From NCBI GenBank assembly GCA_905178155.1, contig CAJINV010000020.1, positions 496,001 through 560,000 on the forward strand: a stretch of DNA of 64,000 nt, written 5' to 3'. This document shows positions 1 to 11,008 of this stretch, piece after piece; the first letter of the stretch is position 1, and the number at the start of each line of letters is the position of its first letter. The translations under genes and the position numbers were made by a program. Source of the DNA: Amoebophrya sp. A120. Taxonomy: Eukaryota > Protista > Dinoflagellata. Below the pieces are notes generated by a model. That model worked only from the letters and a program-made list of their open reading frames with translations. It was not told the DNA's origin and did not search any database.

Positions 1-448
1 GCCACTTTTGACCTAATCGAGAGGCAGTTTCTCATGCAGGATAGGCATGATAGAACTCTCACAGAATCTGTCATGCTATGTCCTACATACCAGACCTCAT
101 GGGTCATGGAGAACCTGCATGACAAGTCTGCATAGCAGTCTGTAGGTCTTGTCGCAGGAGTCAGCATTTTTGTTGCTGCGCTCCTGGTTTGGCTTTCTAT
201 ATGTTTTGCGAGTAGGAATTGTTGGCTAAGGTTGGCGAAATTTGGCAAAGTGGGATATGTTGGCGTGAAGTGTGTTGGAATCGTGGCCGGGAGATGATGG
301 TGATGGCACTTCGGTGTCCGCCTGACCTACCTTCCCTGCGTGACAGCCATCTGCGGCCGTTTACAAAGGGGGAGGCAAAGTGTGCCGCACTGCTGTTTAG
401 CATGACAAGTCTGCATTCTTCCAGACCCAGACATTTTTGCATTTGATA
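1..448. mobile_element. Introner family A (left end outside window)
   Basis: Right TIR cttccagacccagacatttttgcatttgata ends at 448; bases ~8-125 are the near reverse complement of 51313-51431. Confidence 0.85.
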
Positions 449-3400
449 TGCGACGAGTTCTTTCAACCTCAGCGCAGACGAGGTGAAAACGTACGGGAGT
501 CGGTGGTTGAGCGAGATCCCGTATCAAATGCAAATATGTCTGGGTCTGGAAGATTGCGAGATTTGTCATGCTAGTTTGGTATTATTCTGCAGTCTGTATT
601 GCGTGAGTAGGAAGACGAGCTCCTCTTGTCTGTCATGCAAAGCCGCTCTTTCTCATGCGGAATACGCAACACAGAGCCCCCACGAAAAAACCTGTCATGC
701 TTGGCGGTGCATTGCAGCGTGCTTACTATTCACCGACATGCATCACAAGTTTCCAGCAGACCCAGACATATTTGCAACGCATATCCCGATCCAGAGGAAG
801 GGGGTCCTTGGCCGCGGCGGCTGTGCGATTGTGTGGCTCGGAGCCATATGGATTGCAAAAGTGTCTGGGTCTGGAAGATTGCAACTTGTCATGCTCAATC
901 CGAATCATGCAAAAATCTGTGTTGCATGAGTGCCAAAAGCTGTCCACTTTCGACCAAGATGGGAAGGAGTTTCTCATGCAGGATACTAGGCATGACAGAG
1001 ACCTCGCCGACTTTGTCATGCTAGGTCCCGCATTCCAGACCTCAAGGGTCATGGAAAACCTGCATGACAAGTTTACACTCTTCCAGACCCACACATTTTT
1101 ACATTTGATAAGCCAGTACAGACGGACAGTTATTTGCCGTGAAGCAGGTACAATTCTAAAACAACTGATGATTTTTGTGCGCAAGCAAATTGAGTTTGGT
1201 ATACTGATCTGATCGTCCTTAAAGGCCTTCTTTATCCTCAACGTCATTACAATTTTTTGACGGGCCTTCGCTCTGTTAAGTACTTCGTGACACCACGACG
1301 TCGTTTTGTAGGGCGTTATGCGACTTCTGCTTTATTCTTTGTTCATACATACGTATTTGCAAAAAACTCTTACTGATACTGATAGATACAACGAACTCTA
1401 AGGTGAGCAAAAGCGTATTGCAGCGTGGCGAGCTGGTGCCGCAGACCGGGTCGCAGCTCCGGGGTCTACTGAAAGAAGTGAAAATTCTTCAGAAGCTGGC
1501 TGCTTCTACTTCAAGGAGCAATAAAACATCAAGTTCTACACAATCAGACGGTCAACAGCACGACTACGTATCAGCAGGAACAACCACAGCGAGCTCCTCG
1601 CGGGACGACCATGGAGATCTTCATGACCACCACATCTGTCATCTTAGGGCTTTTGTGGAAAGCCGCAGCGACCTTTGGATCGTGCTGCAGCACGGGGGTG
1701 TGCCCATCAGCCGGGAGCTGTACGAGGTGAAGGGCGAATTCCAGAACAGTGCGCGTGTCTACCGCGTACTGCACGGTCACTTGATGGAAGCTTTGAAACT
1801 ACAGGACCACCATGGAGTACTAGAGGGTAGTTCTTGCTCCTTCCACACGCTGCGCGATTTCTTGCGGCAGCTCTTGTCTGCGTTCGCGTTTCTGGAGAGG
1901 GAAAGAGTCGTGCACGCGGATGTGAAACCTGAGAACGTGCTGATCGACCCAGATATCGCATGCCAATATGTCTGGGTCTGGAAGATTGCGAGACTTGCTA
2001 TGCTAGCCTGGCATGACTTAGAACTCTGTATTGCGTGGCCGCAAAGAGCTCCTTTCGCCTGTCATGCAAAGACGCAGTTTCGCATGCGGAGTACGCAACT
2101 CACAGCCACGGAAAAACTTGTCATGCTTAGCAGCGCATTGCAGTGCGCAGCTCCCTATTCCCTTCCTTGCATCACAAGTTCCCAGACCCAGACATGTTTG
2201 CAATGCATACCAGACTGGCGGTTGCGGCTGTGCGACTTCGGCAGTGCCTACCAGGAGGGGGAAGCGGCGTCGATATTGAGAGGAAAAATCCCCCCTCCCC
2301 ATATCGAAAAGGTATGTTTCCGAAAATTTGTGTTGCTGATTTGAGGTCACAAATCACATTTGTTTTGCAAGAAGACAAACGCAGAGGCTTCCGCGCCAAT
2401 ATGGAAGCGATTTGGCATGCTGTTGGGCCTAGAGGGCAGCCGTTTGTAATGCTAAGCACCTAGACCCAAATGTCCCTCCCTAGGCTGCGGCTCTGGCTGC
2501 GATGCCGTATTGCAAGACAGCGCGGATTTGTGTACACGTAATATCCTGCGTCACAGATTTCCCATTTGATATGGGGTGGGGGCTTTTTTCATTTTGATAG
2601 TCGAGTCTGGGCACTCCTGAGTACATGGCTCCCGAGCAGTTGGATAAACAGATCCACTGGACCACGACCGGAGGCGGAGGTTTCGCCGGAGCTGCATCTT
2701 CTGTGTCCACGCCAGCAAGTCGCTTGACCGCGAAACTCTTGGGTGGAGTGGGTAGTAGTAGTACTTCTAGTGCAGCCCCCGCCGCCACCGCGGCTCTTCA
2801 CCAGCACGCATCGTCCGCAAGTGCTGGCAGTACTAGTAGACGCGGGTCGGCGGACCACTTGTCTTCTTATCATTTCGGAGCTGGAAGTGGTTCTCATCTT
2901 CCGGCTTTTAAAAGCAGCAGCACTACAACTTACACGACTAGTAAACCAAGCAGGGCGTTCTCGACGTCTCCGGAGAAGAAGATGCAGCAACTGCTGCACG
3001 AAACTAAAGAACGGCGCGGGTCCGCGAACGCGACTTCGGAGGTCGTGCAACAACAGCACCTTGAGCAGAACGAGGTCGTATCTGACAAGGTTCACGTGCG
3101 CGAGAAGTCGGACGGGTTCTCGTCCGCACTCGCGGGCGACGTTTGGTCGGCAGGAATGATCTTCCTCGAGATCTGCCACGGCGTGCCGCTGTTATCCTGT
3201 CCAAAACTGTATCGTATTCGTATATTAGATGCAAGTCTTGCATCACAAATCTTTTTCTCAAGGTAATAGAGCAGCATGATAAATTGGTAAAACAAGGAAT
3301 CAAGTTGAGGTCATGGAATCAAGTTAACTGGAATCAAGTTAGGCCTGGAATCAGGTTATATGGAATCAAGTTAAACCCGGAATCAAGTTACATGGAATCA

Positions 3401-4946
3401 AGTTACTACCTGGAATCTATCAAGTGGTGGAATGGAATCAAGTAAACCACCACAACTTCATCCCCATCAGTCTTTCGCCTCGCAATGCCTCCCCTTGGAA
3501 GAATCTAGCTGCTGCGCTTTTTGTGTTTTGTGGCTGCCACACCCTCGCGCCTAAAGTTCTCCGCTATTTTTTTTGAAAGGCGGCCACGTTCATCAAAGGC
3601 GTCTGGCTTTTCTTCCTCTGGTCGATAGAGACGTGGCGAGTAATGTTATAGCTAACCTTCGCGCGCCCGTCTTGTTTTAGGGCTCTTTGCCGAAAGTTTT
3701 CGAGGCTTTCGCCTTGCGAAGTTCCAGGGAGGGATTCCATTTGTGTCTCCTTCCCTCGGAAGGGGTGTGTCTCTGGGAATTCCGTCTTCATTTCGCCTTC
3801 CCTCGGAAGATCCATCCGTCCCTCTCGGAGTTACATTCCCGCTTCGCCTCCTCTCGGGAGACCCATTGCTCATGGGATTCCGTTTCCATTTCGCCTTCCT
3901 GGGGATGGTGTCAGTCTCGGGGGATTCCGTTTTGCCTTCCTGCGGAAGGTGTCTCGGGGGCCGCCATTTCGCCTTCCTTGCCCTCTGGTAGGTCTCTCCC
4001 TGGCGGAAGGACCGCTGCTTGATTGCCTCTTGGGGGAGTGTGAGTTGTTTATTTCCTGGCTGGCGCGAAGCTTTCGCCATCGACTCCAGATTGATGAATG
4101 GCCCGAGCTTATTGACACCTCCTGCGCGACGTGGGTGGTTCGGGGTTTTTCTGTGCCCGGGCTCGCCGAGGCGTTTTGGATTCGGCTTCGGAGCGCGCAG
4201 GTTTGCGGCTGTCCGGGGCTGTGCGCGTGTGCTTACAGCTTTTGCGCCGGGGGCCCCGGGTTTTTTCTTTTGTGTCCCGGGGCCTCGTCACATCTACGCC
4301 CCGGGGCCCCGGAACATGCATGGCCCGTCGGAAGGCAGGCCAGCCTTCGGTAAAGGTAGGGAGGCGGGGGGCCCGAAGCACAGGCTGGCGCGTGCATGGT
4401 GAATAACGTTTGGCGGTGGAGGAGATAACGGGGCCCGCGCAGTGCTTCTCGCGGAAACGGGAAACGGGACACGCAACTTGATTCTAGGACCAAACCTGAT
4501 TCCAGTCAACTTGATTCCAGAGTCCAACTTGATTCCATTTAACTTGATTCCAGTTACCAACTTGATTCCAACAATTTGACCAACTTGATTCCTTGGACGT
4601 CCAATTTCATTTCTCATGCTGAGGGAAGGGGAACTTGTATAAATGCATTTATACGAGTCTACGATGCTTTTGCATTGCATAGCTGTGGCTCTCCTACGAT
4701 TGCTGCGTCGGGACCACGCGGACGCAAGGACTTCTGGGCGCCGGGGGGCGGGACTTCCGGAAGATACGGCAAAAGCAGTCCTCGGTGGTGAAAAATCTGC
4801 GCGCGCTGTTGCAGCACCACTGCTTCGGGGTCCAGATCGGACAGAACTCCGACGCTGTGGACCTGCTCGCGGGGCTGTTGCGACCAACCGTGCCGGAGCG
4901 CCTGCGGGCGAGCGCTGCACTGCAGCACCGCTTTCTCGTTTCTTGA
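449..4946 (+). CDS. Ser/Thr protein kinase (5' end outside window), multi-exon
   Basis: Exons ~449-521, 789-846, 1116-1147, 1403-1953, 2215-2273, 2605-3192, 4687-4946 join to give kinase motifs in order: LGRGGCAIV, FAVKQ, HADVKPEN, DFG, GTPEYMAPE, DVWSAG, R..A..AL.H.F; stop TGA 4944-4946. Confidence 0.93.
522..783. mobile_element. Introner family A
   Basis: TIR tatcaaatgc.../...gcaacgcata; TSD tcccg. Confidence 0.92.
847..1110. mobile_element. Introner family A
   Basis: TIR with tgtctgggtctggaag; TSD agcca. Confidence 0.92.
1148..1402 (+). other. Canonical GT-AG intron
   Basis: CAG|gtacaa...ctctaag|GTG; AT-rich; joins FAVKQ to ORF 1403. Confidence 0.75.
1954..2209. mobile_element. Introner family A
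   Basis: TSD ccaga; splits the kinase between KPEN and DFG. Confidence 0.92.
2274..2599. mobile_element. Introner family B
   Basis: TIR tattgagaggaaaaatccccc.../...ttcattttgata; TSD gtcga. Confidence 0.92.
3193..4681. mobile_element. Introner family C with nested element
   Basis: TSD gctgt; removal gives GVPLWLSY in frame. Confidence 0.9.
3286..4602. mobile_element. Non-autonomous TIR element with GGAATCAAGTT subterminal arrays
   Basis: GG...CC ends flanked by AATT (3282-3285, 4603-4606); tandem ggaatcaagt at 3296-3443 and inverted aacttgattcc at 4475-4592. Confidence 0.75.
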
Positions 4947-5680
4947 CAGAACAGGCGAGGGCATTACTTGGTGTGCTATAAAAATGCAGCGTACAAAAAA
5001 TAATTGAAAATGGAACCTTGTTCACCAACTTCGCCTATAAATAGTTCCGATACATTTCTTGTTCTTCGCTGAGCACTCTAGTAGTGATCATGAAGCGCAC
5101 AGGTTTTATTGACATGGGTTCGCCGTAGGTCGTAGCCGGTTGATATTGTTCATCGTCAAAGTTCTCTGTCAAAACGAATTCGGCGAGAGACAAGCAATTA
5201 GGGCGTTGAAAACATCAAAATGGCAGAAGCAGAGCTATGAACGAGTACCCGCCGCGAAGATGAGAGAGAAATATTTGATACGGAGTTTCCATCGAGACAC
5301 GGAGTTGATACCATATTGATATTCTTCCTTGTCGCTGCTCACCCCGTTTTCCTTTATAAACTTAGAATCCGGTCGTGTAGTTTCTGTAGAAGTGAGATCG
5401 ACATGAAAGCGATTGTCTTGCAAAGAGCTAGAGGAGGGCCGGGGAGAGTTGGAAGAAGTCTTCTACTTCTTGTTCGGGTCTAACCCACTACGAGCAGTTG
5501 TGGCGAAGTAGAGAAGTAAGGAAAAAAGCACACGAAACAAGAAAGGTGATCGATGTGATGTCGAGCGTAAATTATAATGATCAAGCTGAATAATGATCAT
5601 GTAGGTTGATGAAGTACGTAGAGGTAGAGAGTAGGCTATTAAATCTGCATCTGTTGAACAAGTAGGAGGTGAAAAGCGGA

Positions 5681-8600
5681 ATGAAGGGGGAAAATTCATC
5701 TACGTCGAACTTCTCCCGCCGCCGCTCCGGGCGGCGGTATGGGTCGTGGCCTGCTCTTCTTGCAAAGAGTCGCGGCGGTTTCGTTCTTGCTATAGCAGCA
5801 GGCGTCGAGGACAACCAGCACTACGTCGTGCGCGCGAGAACTACTACTTCGCGGTCCTCGTCGTCGTCGTCAAGCTACAATCCGCTCGAGGTGGACCACA
5901 TGAAGATGATGATGAACAGCCAGCAGCTGGATCCGGGCACGCCTACGGCTGCGAACCCGGCGCCGCCCGGCGGCGACCACGTCCTGCTGTACGACCGGTT
6001 ATCAAAAGGAAAAATCCCCCCAACTCCCCATACAAACACGAAACTTCTAATGCTGGCTTTGGATACACAAAGACAAATCAAATTTGTGCTATGCAGTAGA
6101 GGACTGCACGCCGATCCTAAGCCTAGGTAGCAGGGGCCTTTTGGTGTAGGCCTAAGCGCCTAGCATGGTAGACGGCTACACTGTAGGCGTTACAGCATTA
6201 AAAAGCGCCTACATAGTGCGGCGGACAGCCTGGATGTGCCTTCGCGCAAGACAGGCCCGATTTGTGGCTACAAATCTGCATCGCAAGGATGCGCTTTCAA
6301 TTTTGGGAGGGGGGAACTTTCCTGGCAATACCGGTATGGTAGCCCTTACTACACCGACGCCACCTATGGTAGTGTCAGGATTGAAATCGTCAAAGTTGAA
6401 ATAGTTTGTGATGCATAAAATGCAACCCACAAAGCGCCTGTCTTGCAGAGTGGGCAAGGGAGGCAGATTGTAAGCCTGGCGAGGGGTAGAAATAAAGCTG
6501 CTGAAGTAGCATGACACAAGGCGTCACTCTTACCCAAACAGCATTACAAACTGGATTTAGACACCGCCAAAATTTGTCATGCGCCACTTAGAAACTGGGT
6601 CCTAATTGGCATCCATTTTATGCATGACAAATAATTTTAACTTTGTTGATTTCAAGCCTGACGCATCCATACCACCGACACCACGGTGGAGTCTCCCGCC
6701 AAGCTGGACGCGGGGAAGCTGGCCACCTGGGCGGCCCACCTATGAACTGCAAAACAAGTATCGTACTCGTATAAATGCATTACAAATCTCCTCAGCGTGA
6801 GAAATGAAATTTGTATATGCGGATTTAGTATTGCCTTAAGAAAAAAAATTGTAATGCATGATTGCAATGCGAGTGCGATACTTTTGCAGAGCATACCACC
6901 AGGCGCGGGACAACTTTGACCGTTTGCGGGAATCCGGCCTCGTACCGGAGGCCACGCTGGTCCGGGCGTTGGCACAAGGGATCCGCACGGCGCAGGACCT
7001 CTTTCCCTTCCGCGACATTCGCATTGTCGGCCTCGACTCGGTATGCATTGCAAATAAGTATGTCATCTACTGTGTCTGGAAGGTTGCAACTTGTGATGCT
7101 GTCTTCGGATAATTCCAAAAAAAATCTGTATTGCATGACCAGCAAGAGGAGCAACCCAGGGCGTGCTACGCGGGGAGGGCATTTCTCATGCAGAATAGGC
7201 ATCAGAAAGCCCTGCTAAAATTTGTAGGGCTAGGCCTTGCATTACAGGCATCCTGCGCCATGCAACCGGTGCATGACAAGTCTCGGAATCTTCCAGAGCC
7301 AGACACATTTGCAGTGCATACTCGGACCAAAATTTGGTCTTGTCCGTAGGGGGCCACCTCCTCACCTTTCCAGAGGAGGTTCCTCGAGTGTCCGCGAACA
7401 ACGCGACCGCGTCCTCCACCGCAGTCGCTGCCGCGGTGGAGTCTGTCGCTCTGCTTCTTTCTACCGCTGCCGCGGCGCAGACCTCCTCGCATTTGGCTCG
7501 AAGTGCGCAACCCACGTTCGATATGATAATGCAAAACTCCTCCTCCCCCTCATTTGTCATGCAAAACAGCAAATCCTCCCTGTTCCCTTTGGCACTGCTT
7601 GATGAGGTCGCCGAAAGTGCTTCCTCGCCCACCCCCCGGGGAGGGGATCCTTGACCTGTGGCGCTGGGAGCGGGTGTCCACTACATGATGATGATGATGG
7701 CACTGCTTGCATGACAAATTGAAATTTCGGAAGCCGAAACAGCATTAGAATCCATCGGTCGTGAACAATTTGTCATGCAAAGGCTGCAGTGAGGCCAGGA
7801 CTTGTGTTGCTGTTCATGCAAAAATACAAATGAGAGGGAGGGGGAGTTCTTGTGTACTGTCATATTCGACACGGCGCTGGGGGAAGGCATGTTGCTCACG
7901 CTGGTCATTCTTCTGCTCCTCGGAGTGTGCCTCGCTGTCCAGCTGCCCTATCAAATGCAAAAATGTCTGGGTCTGGAAGAATGCAAGATTTGTGATGCAG
8001 GTTGTCCATAACCCATGAGGTCTGGAATGCGAGACCCGGCATGACAGATTTTTTGAGGTCTCTATCATGCCTTTCCTGCATGAGAAACTCCCTCCCAAAT
8101 TGGTCAAAAGCGGACAGCTTTTGGTACTCACGCAACACAGATTTTTGCATCGTTCAGATTTAGCATGACAAGTTCTAACCTTCCAGACCCAGACATTTTT
8201 GCACTTGATATGCCCCTCGACGAGCTGAAACCCTACAGCGAGAAACTGGAACTGAAATTGCAGAAGGCCCTGCTCGAGATGGACCGCGGCGGCAAGGTGC
8301 AGGCCATTCCGGACGACGAGCGGCCGGACCTGAACCCACTGGTGTACACGTATCACCAGTTCATTATCCTAGGCAAAAACGTCCCCACGACCCCTTAGTC
8401 AAGATGGAAAATCTGCTAGACAAATCCACAGCCTTGTTTGGGGCGACTGGCGCATAACAAGTTTTGGGACGCAGTATCTATAATGGTCCTGTGTGTGTAG
8501 GTTGTACTAGCCCAGACATCACATCACAAATCCAGTCTCTGATCCTGGTTCACGCATGACAGATTTTTACCAAGAAACACGATTCAGAAAACGTTGCCCG

Positions 8601-9762
8601 CCAACATGCGGAGCCGCATTACGGATTTTTTTGCATATGCAGATTTGCATAACAACTCTGGGGACGATTTTATTCCCTGAGGATATTGGTGCTGGAAAAG
8701 CTAGTCACGAACGCGAAGGAGGGATCAAATGCAAAAATGTCTGGGTCTGGAAGATAATTGCGAGATTTGTCATGCTTGTCTGGCATGACCAAATAAAGTT
8801 TGTGATGCGTGTCCACGAAGAGACCCTTTTGCCTGTCATGCAAAAACGCAGTTTGTCATGCGAAAAACGCAACACATATTTCTCATCATGCTTGGCTGTG
8901 CATTACAGAGCATGCACTATTCCCAACGCAGCACTACAAGTTGCCAGACCCAGATATTTGTGCATTTGATAGGAGGTGAGAGCGGAGCAAGAGGCCTACT
9001 TCGAGCAACTGCGGCAGAAGGAGGCAGAGCGCAATATGGCGTTCTCAATTGTTACATTCTCAACTGTTACATAAATTTGTGATGCAAGAATGGTAACAGC
9101 AAAATTCGGCGCAGATTCCCATGCTGTTTGGCCCTTCCAAAATTTGTCATGCGAGGCAGCTTCACTGTGTGGACGTTGATGCTCATTTTGCATGAGAAAT
9201 CACGTAACAGTTGAGAATGTGACATTTGAGAACGCCATACGCAAGCGGCGCAAAGAGGAGGCAAGGCAGGCCAGGCTGGCCGCCCGCCGCGCGGCTGGGG
9301 AAGTATCGTAAGGAAAAACCCCACCTCCCCATATGATCGAAAAGGCATCCTTTTGGAAAATTGTGATGCTGATTTGTGGTCACAAATCAGGTCTGTCTTG
9401 CAAGAGAGCAAAGCCAGAGCTTCCGCCCCTTTATTAAGTACGCAGGCGATTTGTAAGAACGCAGCTGCGCCAACAGTGCAGACGTCTGCCAACATGCTGA
9501 GCGCTCACCTCTAGCCAGCCCCTTCCCGGCTTTGTATCTGCCTGCAGTCCTAATATACTGCAAGAGAAATAAGCTGATTCGTGTACGCGAATCCCGCAAG
9601 ACAGATTGCCACTGTGATGATATAGGGAGGGGGAATAGTTTTTCCTTTCGATAGGAAGGAGAGACAGGGGACGACCCGTTTGCGACAAGCAGTAGCAGTT
9701 CTTCCTCCAGTTCTGCCGACTCATCGGACGAGTCTTCAAACGAAGAGCAGCAGTCTCCTTAG
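5681..9762 (+). CDS. Hypothetical membrane protein (~409 aa), 10 introner introns
   Basis: Exons 5681-5999, 6336-6364, 6677-6740, 6901-7041, 7326-7521, 7870-7948, 8216-8364, 8691-8722, 8977-9034, 9245-9303, 9659-9762 sum to 1230 nt, open throughout; one hydrophobic segment (MLLTLVILLLLGVCLAV) then a charged coiled-coil-like tail. Start codon uncertain. Confidence 0.82.
6000..6330. mobile_element. Introner family B
   Basis: TSD ccggt; TAT...ATA ends. Confidence 0.92.
6365..6671. mobile_element. Introner family D
   Basis: TIR tatggtagtgtcaggattgaaatcgtcaaagtt; TSD ccacc. Confidence 0.92.
6741..6895. mobile_element. Introner family C
   Basis: TIR with tgcaaaa..gtatcg; TSD ccacc. Confidence 0.92.
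7042..7320. mobile_element. Introner family A
   Basis: TSD ctcgg. Confidence 0.9.
7522..7864. mobile_element. Introner family E
   Basis: TIR tatgataatgcaaaactcctcctccccctcatttg; TSD ttcga. Confidence 0.9.
7949..8210. mobile_element. Introner family A
   Basis: TSD tgccc; interior is opposite in orientation to 847-1110. Confidence 0.92.
8365..8685. mobile_element. Introner family G
   Basis: TIR tatcctaggcaaaaacgtcccc; imperfect TSD ttcat/ttggt. Confidence 0.85.
8723..8971. mobile_element. Introner family A
   Basis: TSD ggagg; first base G instead of T. Confidence 0.9.
9035..9239. mobile_element. Introner family F
   Basis: TIR tatggcgttctcaa.tgttacattctcaactgttac; TSD cgcaa. Confidence 0.92.
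9304..9653. mobile_element. Introner family B
   Basis: TSD ggaag. Confidence 0.9.
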
Positions 9763-11008
9763 AAGATGCGGGTCACTCTTCACGAACCTTGCAGCTGGTC
9801 GTGCAAGAGGCAGTACAGGATCCTGCACCGGTCTACAGCTGCCTTGCTTTTATTTGATCATTATGTGACTAGTTCTAGTTGATCATGACCAAATTAAATA
9901 ATACCGACCGCCGGTGACGTTGAATGTACACAAGTACTTGCACGCAAGAACGAAGACGAGAACGAGGAGCTATCACTCTAAAAGTACTCTGCTCTAGTTT
10001 GGTTTGTCGTAGTCCGATGGACATGGATTCGATAGAGATAAAGTATTGCAATCCATTTGGCACAAATCGAAATCGAGGTCATCTGACAAAGAAAGTGGAA
10101 GTTGCAAAAAAGCCTGGGACGCCGCTGCTGGTCGTGTTCAGCATCTTCACTGCGACTGCTCCACTTAATAATTGCCCAGCATAAAAAATTCGATAAATAC
10201 TTGATCATACACTCACACTTAAATGCACCTGATTTTATTTCATGCACATGATGATCGGTGAAAATGGATCGAGACTTCTTCTTGTTGTCTCGTCATTTTT
10301 TATAGGCGTCTTCGTGTCCGTGTTTCGTTCTATAATTTCCCTTGATCATCTACATCTGCAGCCAAAGATGAATCTTCCACCATCCAGCCCATGCATGGCT
10401 GCAGGTGTCACTAAGTAGTACTTACCTTCATTGAAAGAAACTCAAACTGCCGCGTCTTCACTCCTGTCAGGACAAACTACATGCAAACTTTATTTTATTG
10501 CGAGTGTGTCAGTCTTTCTCTTTCACTAACGACGCACCTGTAGTTGACTTGGACTTGGTGCCCCACAAGAACGAACCCTCTGTTGACATATTCAAGGCTC
10601 TTTCTGCAGCTACTTCGAGAAGTGAAGAAAAAAATATTCTTTTCCGCACCTTCCCGTTCTGCCGCGTTGTCGTTTGTGTGTTTTTAATATTCGAGCAGCC
10701 TCCCAGTAGATGAATCGTGAGGCCGGTTGCTTTGGCTGACTCCAATTGTGTTGAGCAGGTCGGTTTTCACTTATTTTCGCTAATAAAATGGATGTGATAA
10801 TCAATGGGGCCCGGCCGCTTCTTTGAGTTTTCGCTTTTAGGCTGGTGCTGACACTTTTCTTTTATATTAAAACCCAACTTTTGCAGCCCTGCCCCTGCTG
10901 ACTAAGGCACACCACGTAGAGAGACATGTTGAACAGCAGGAGATCGACAGTACGAGCAGTCGTGTACTAAAACTCGGGCAGATATCCTCGAAGAATATTA
11001 TCAATACC

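Noticed and set aside
521-787. GT start obtained by sliding the intron boundary into the TSD
   Set aside because: It works only where the TSD ends in G and gives no AG acceptor here, so it is not a general explanation.
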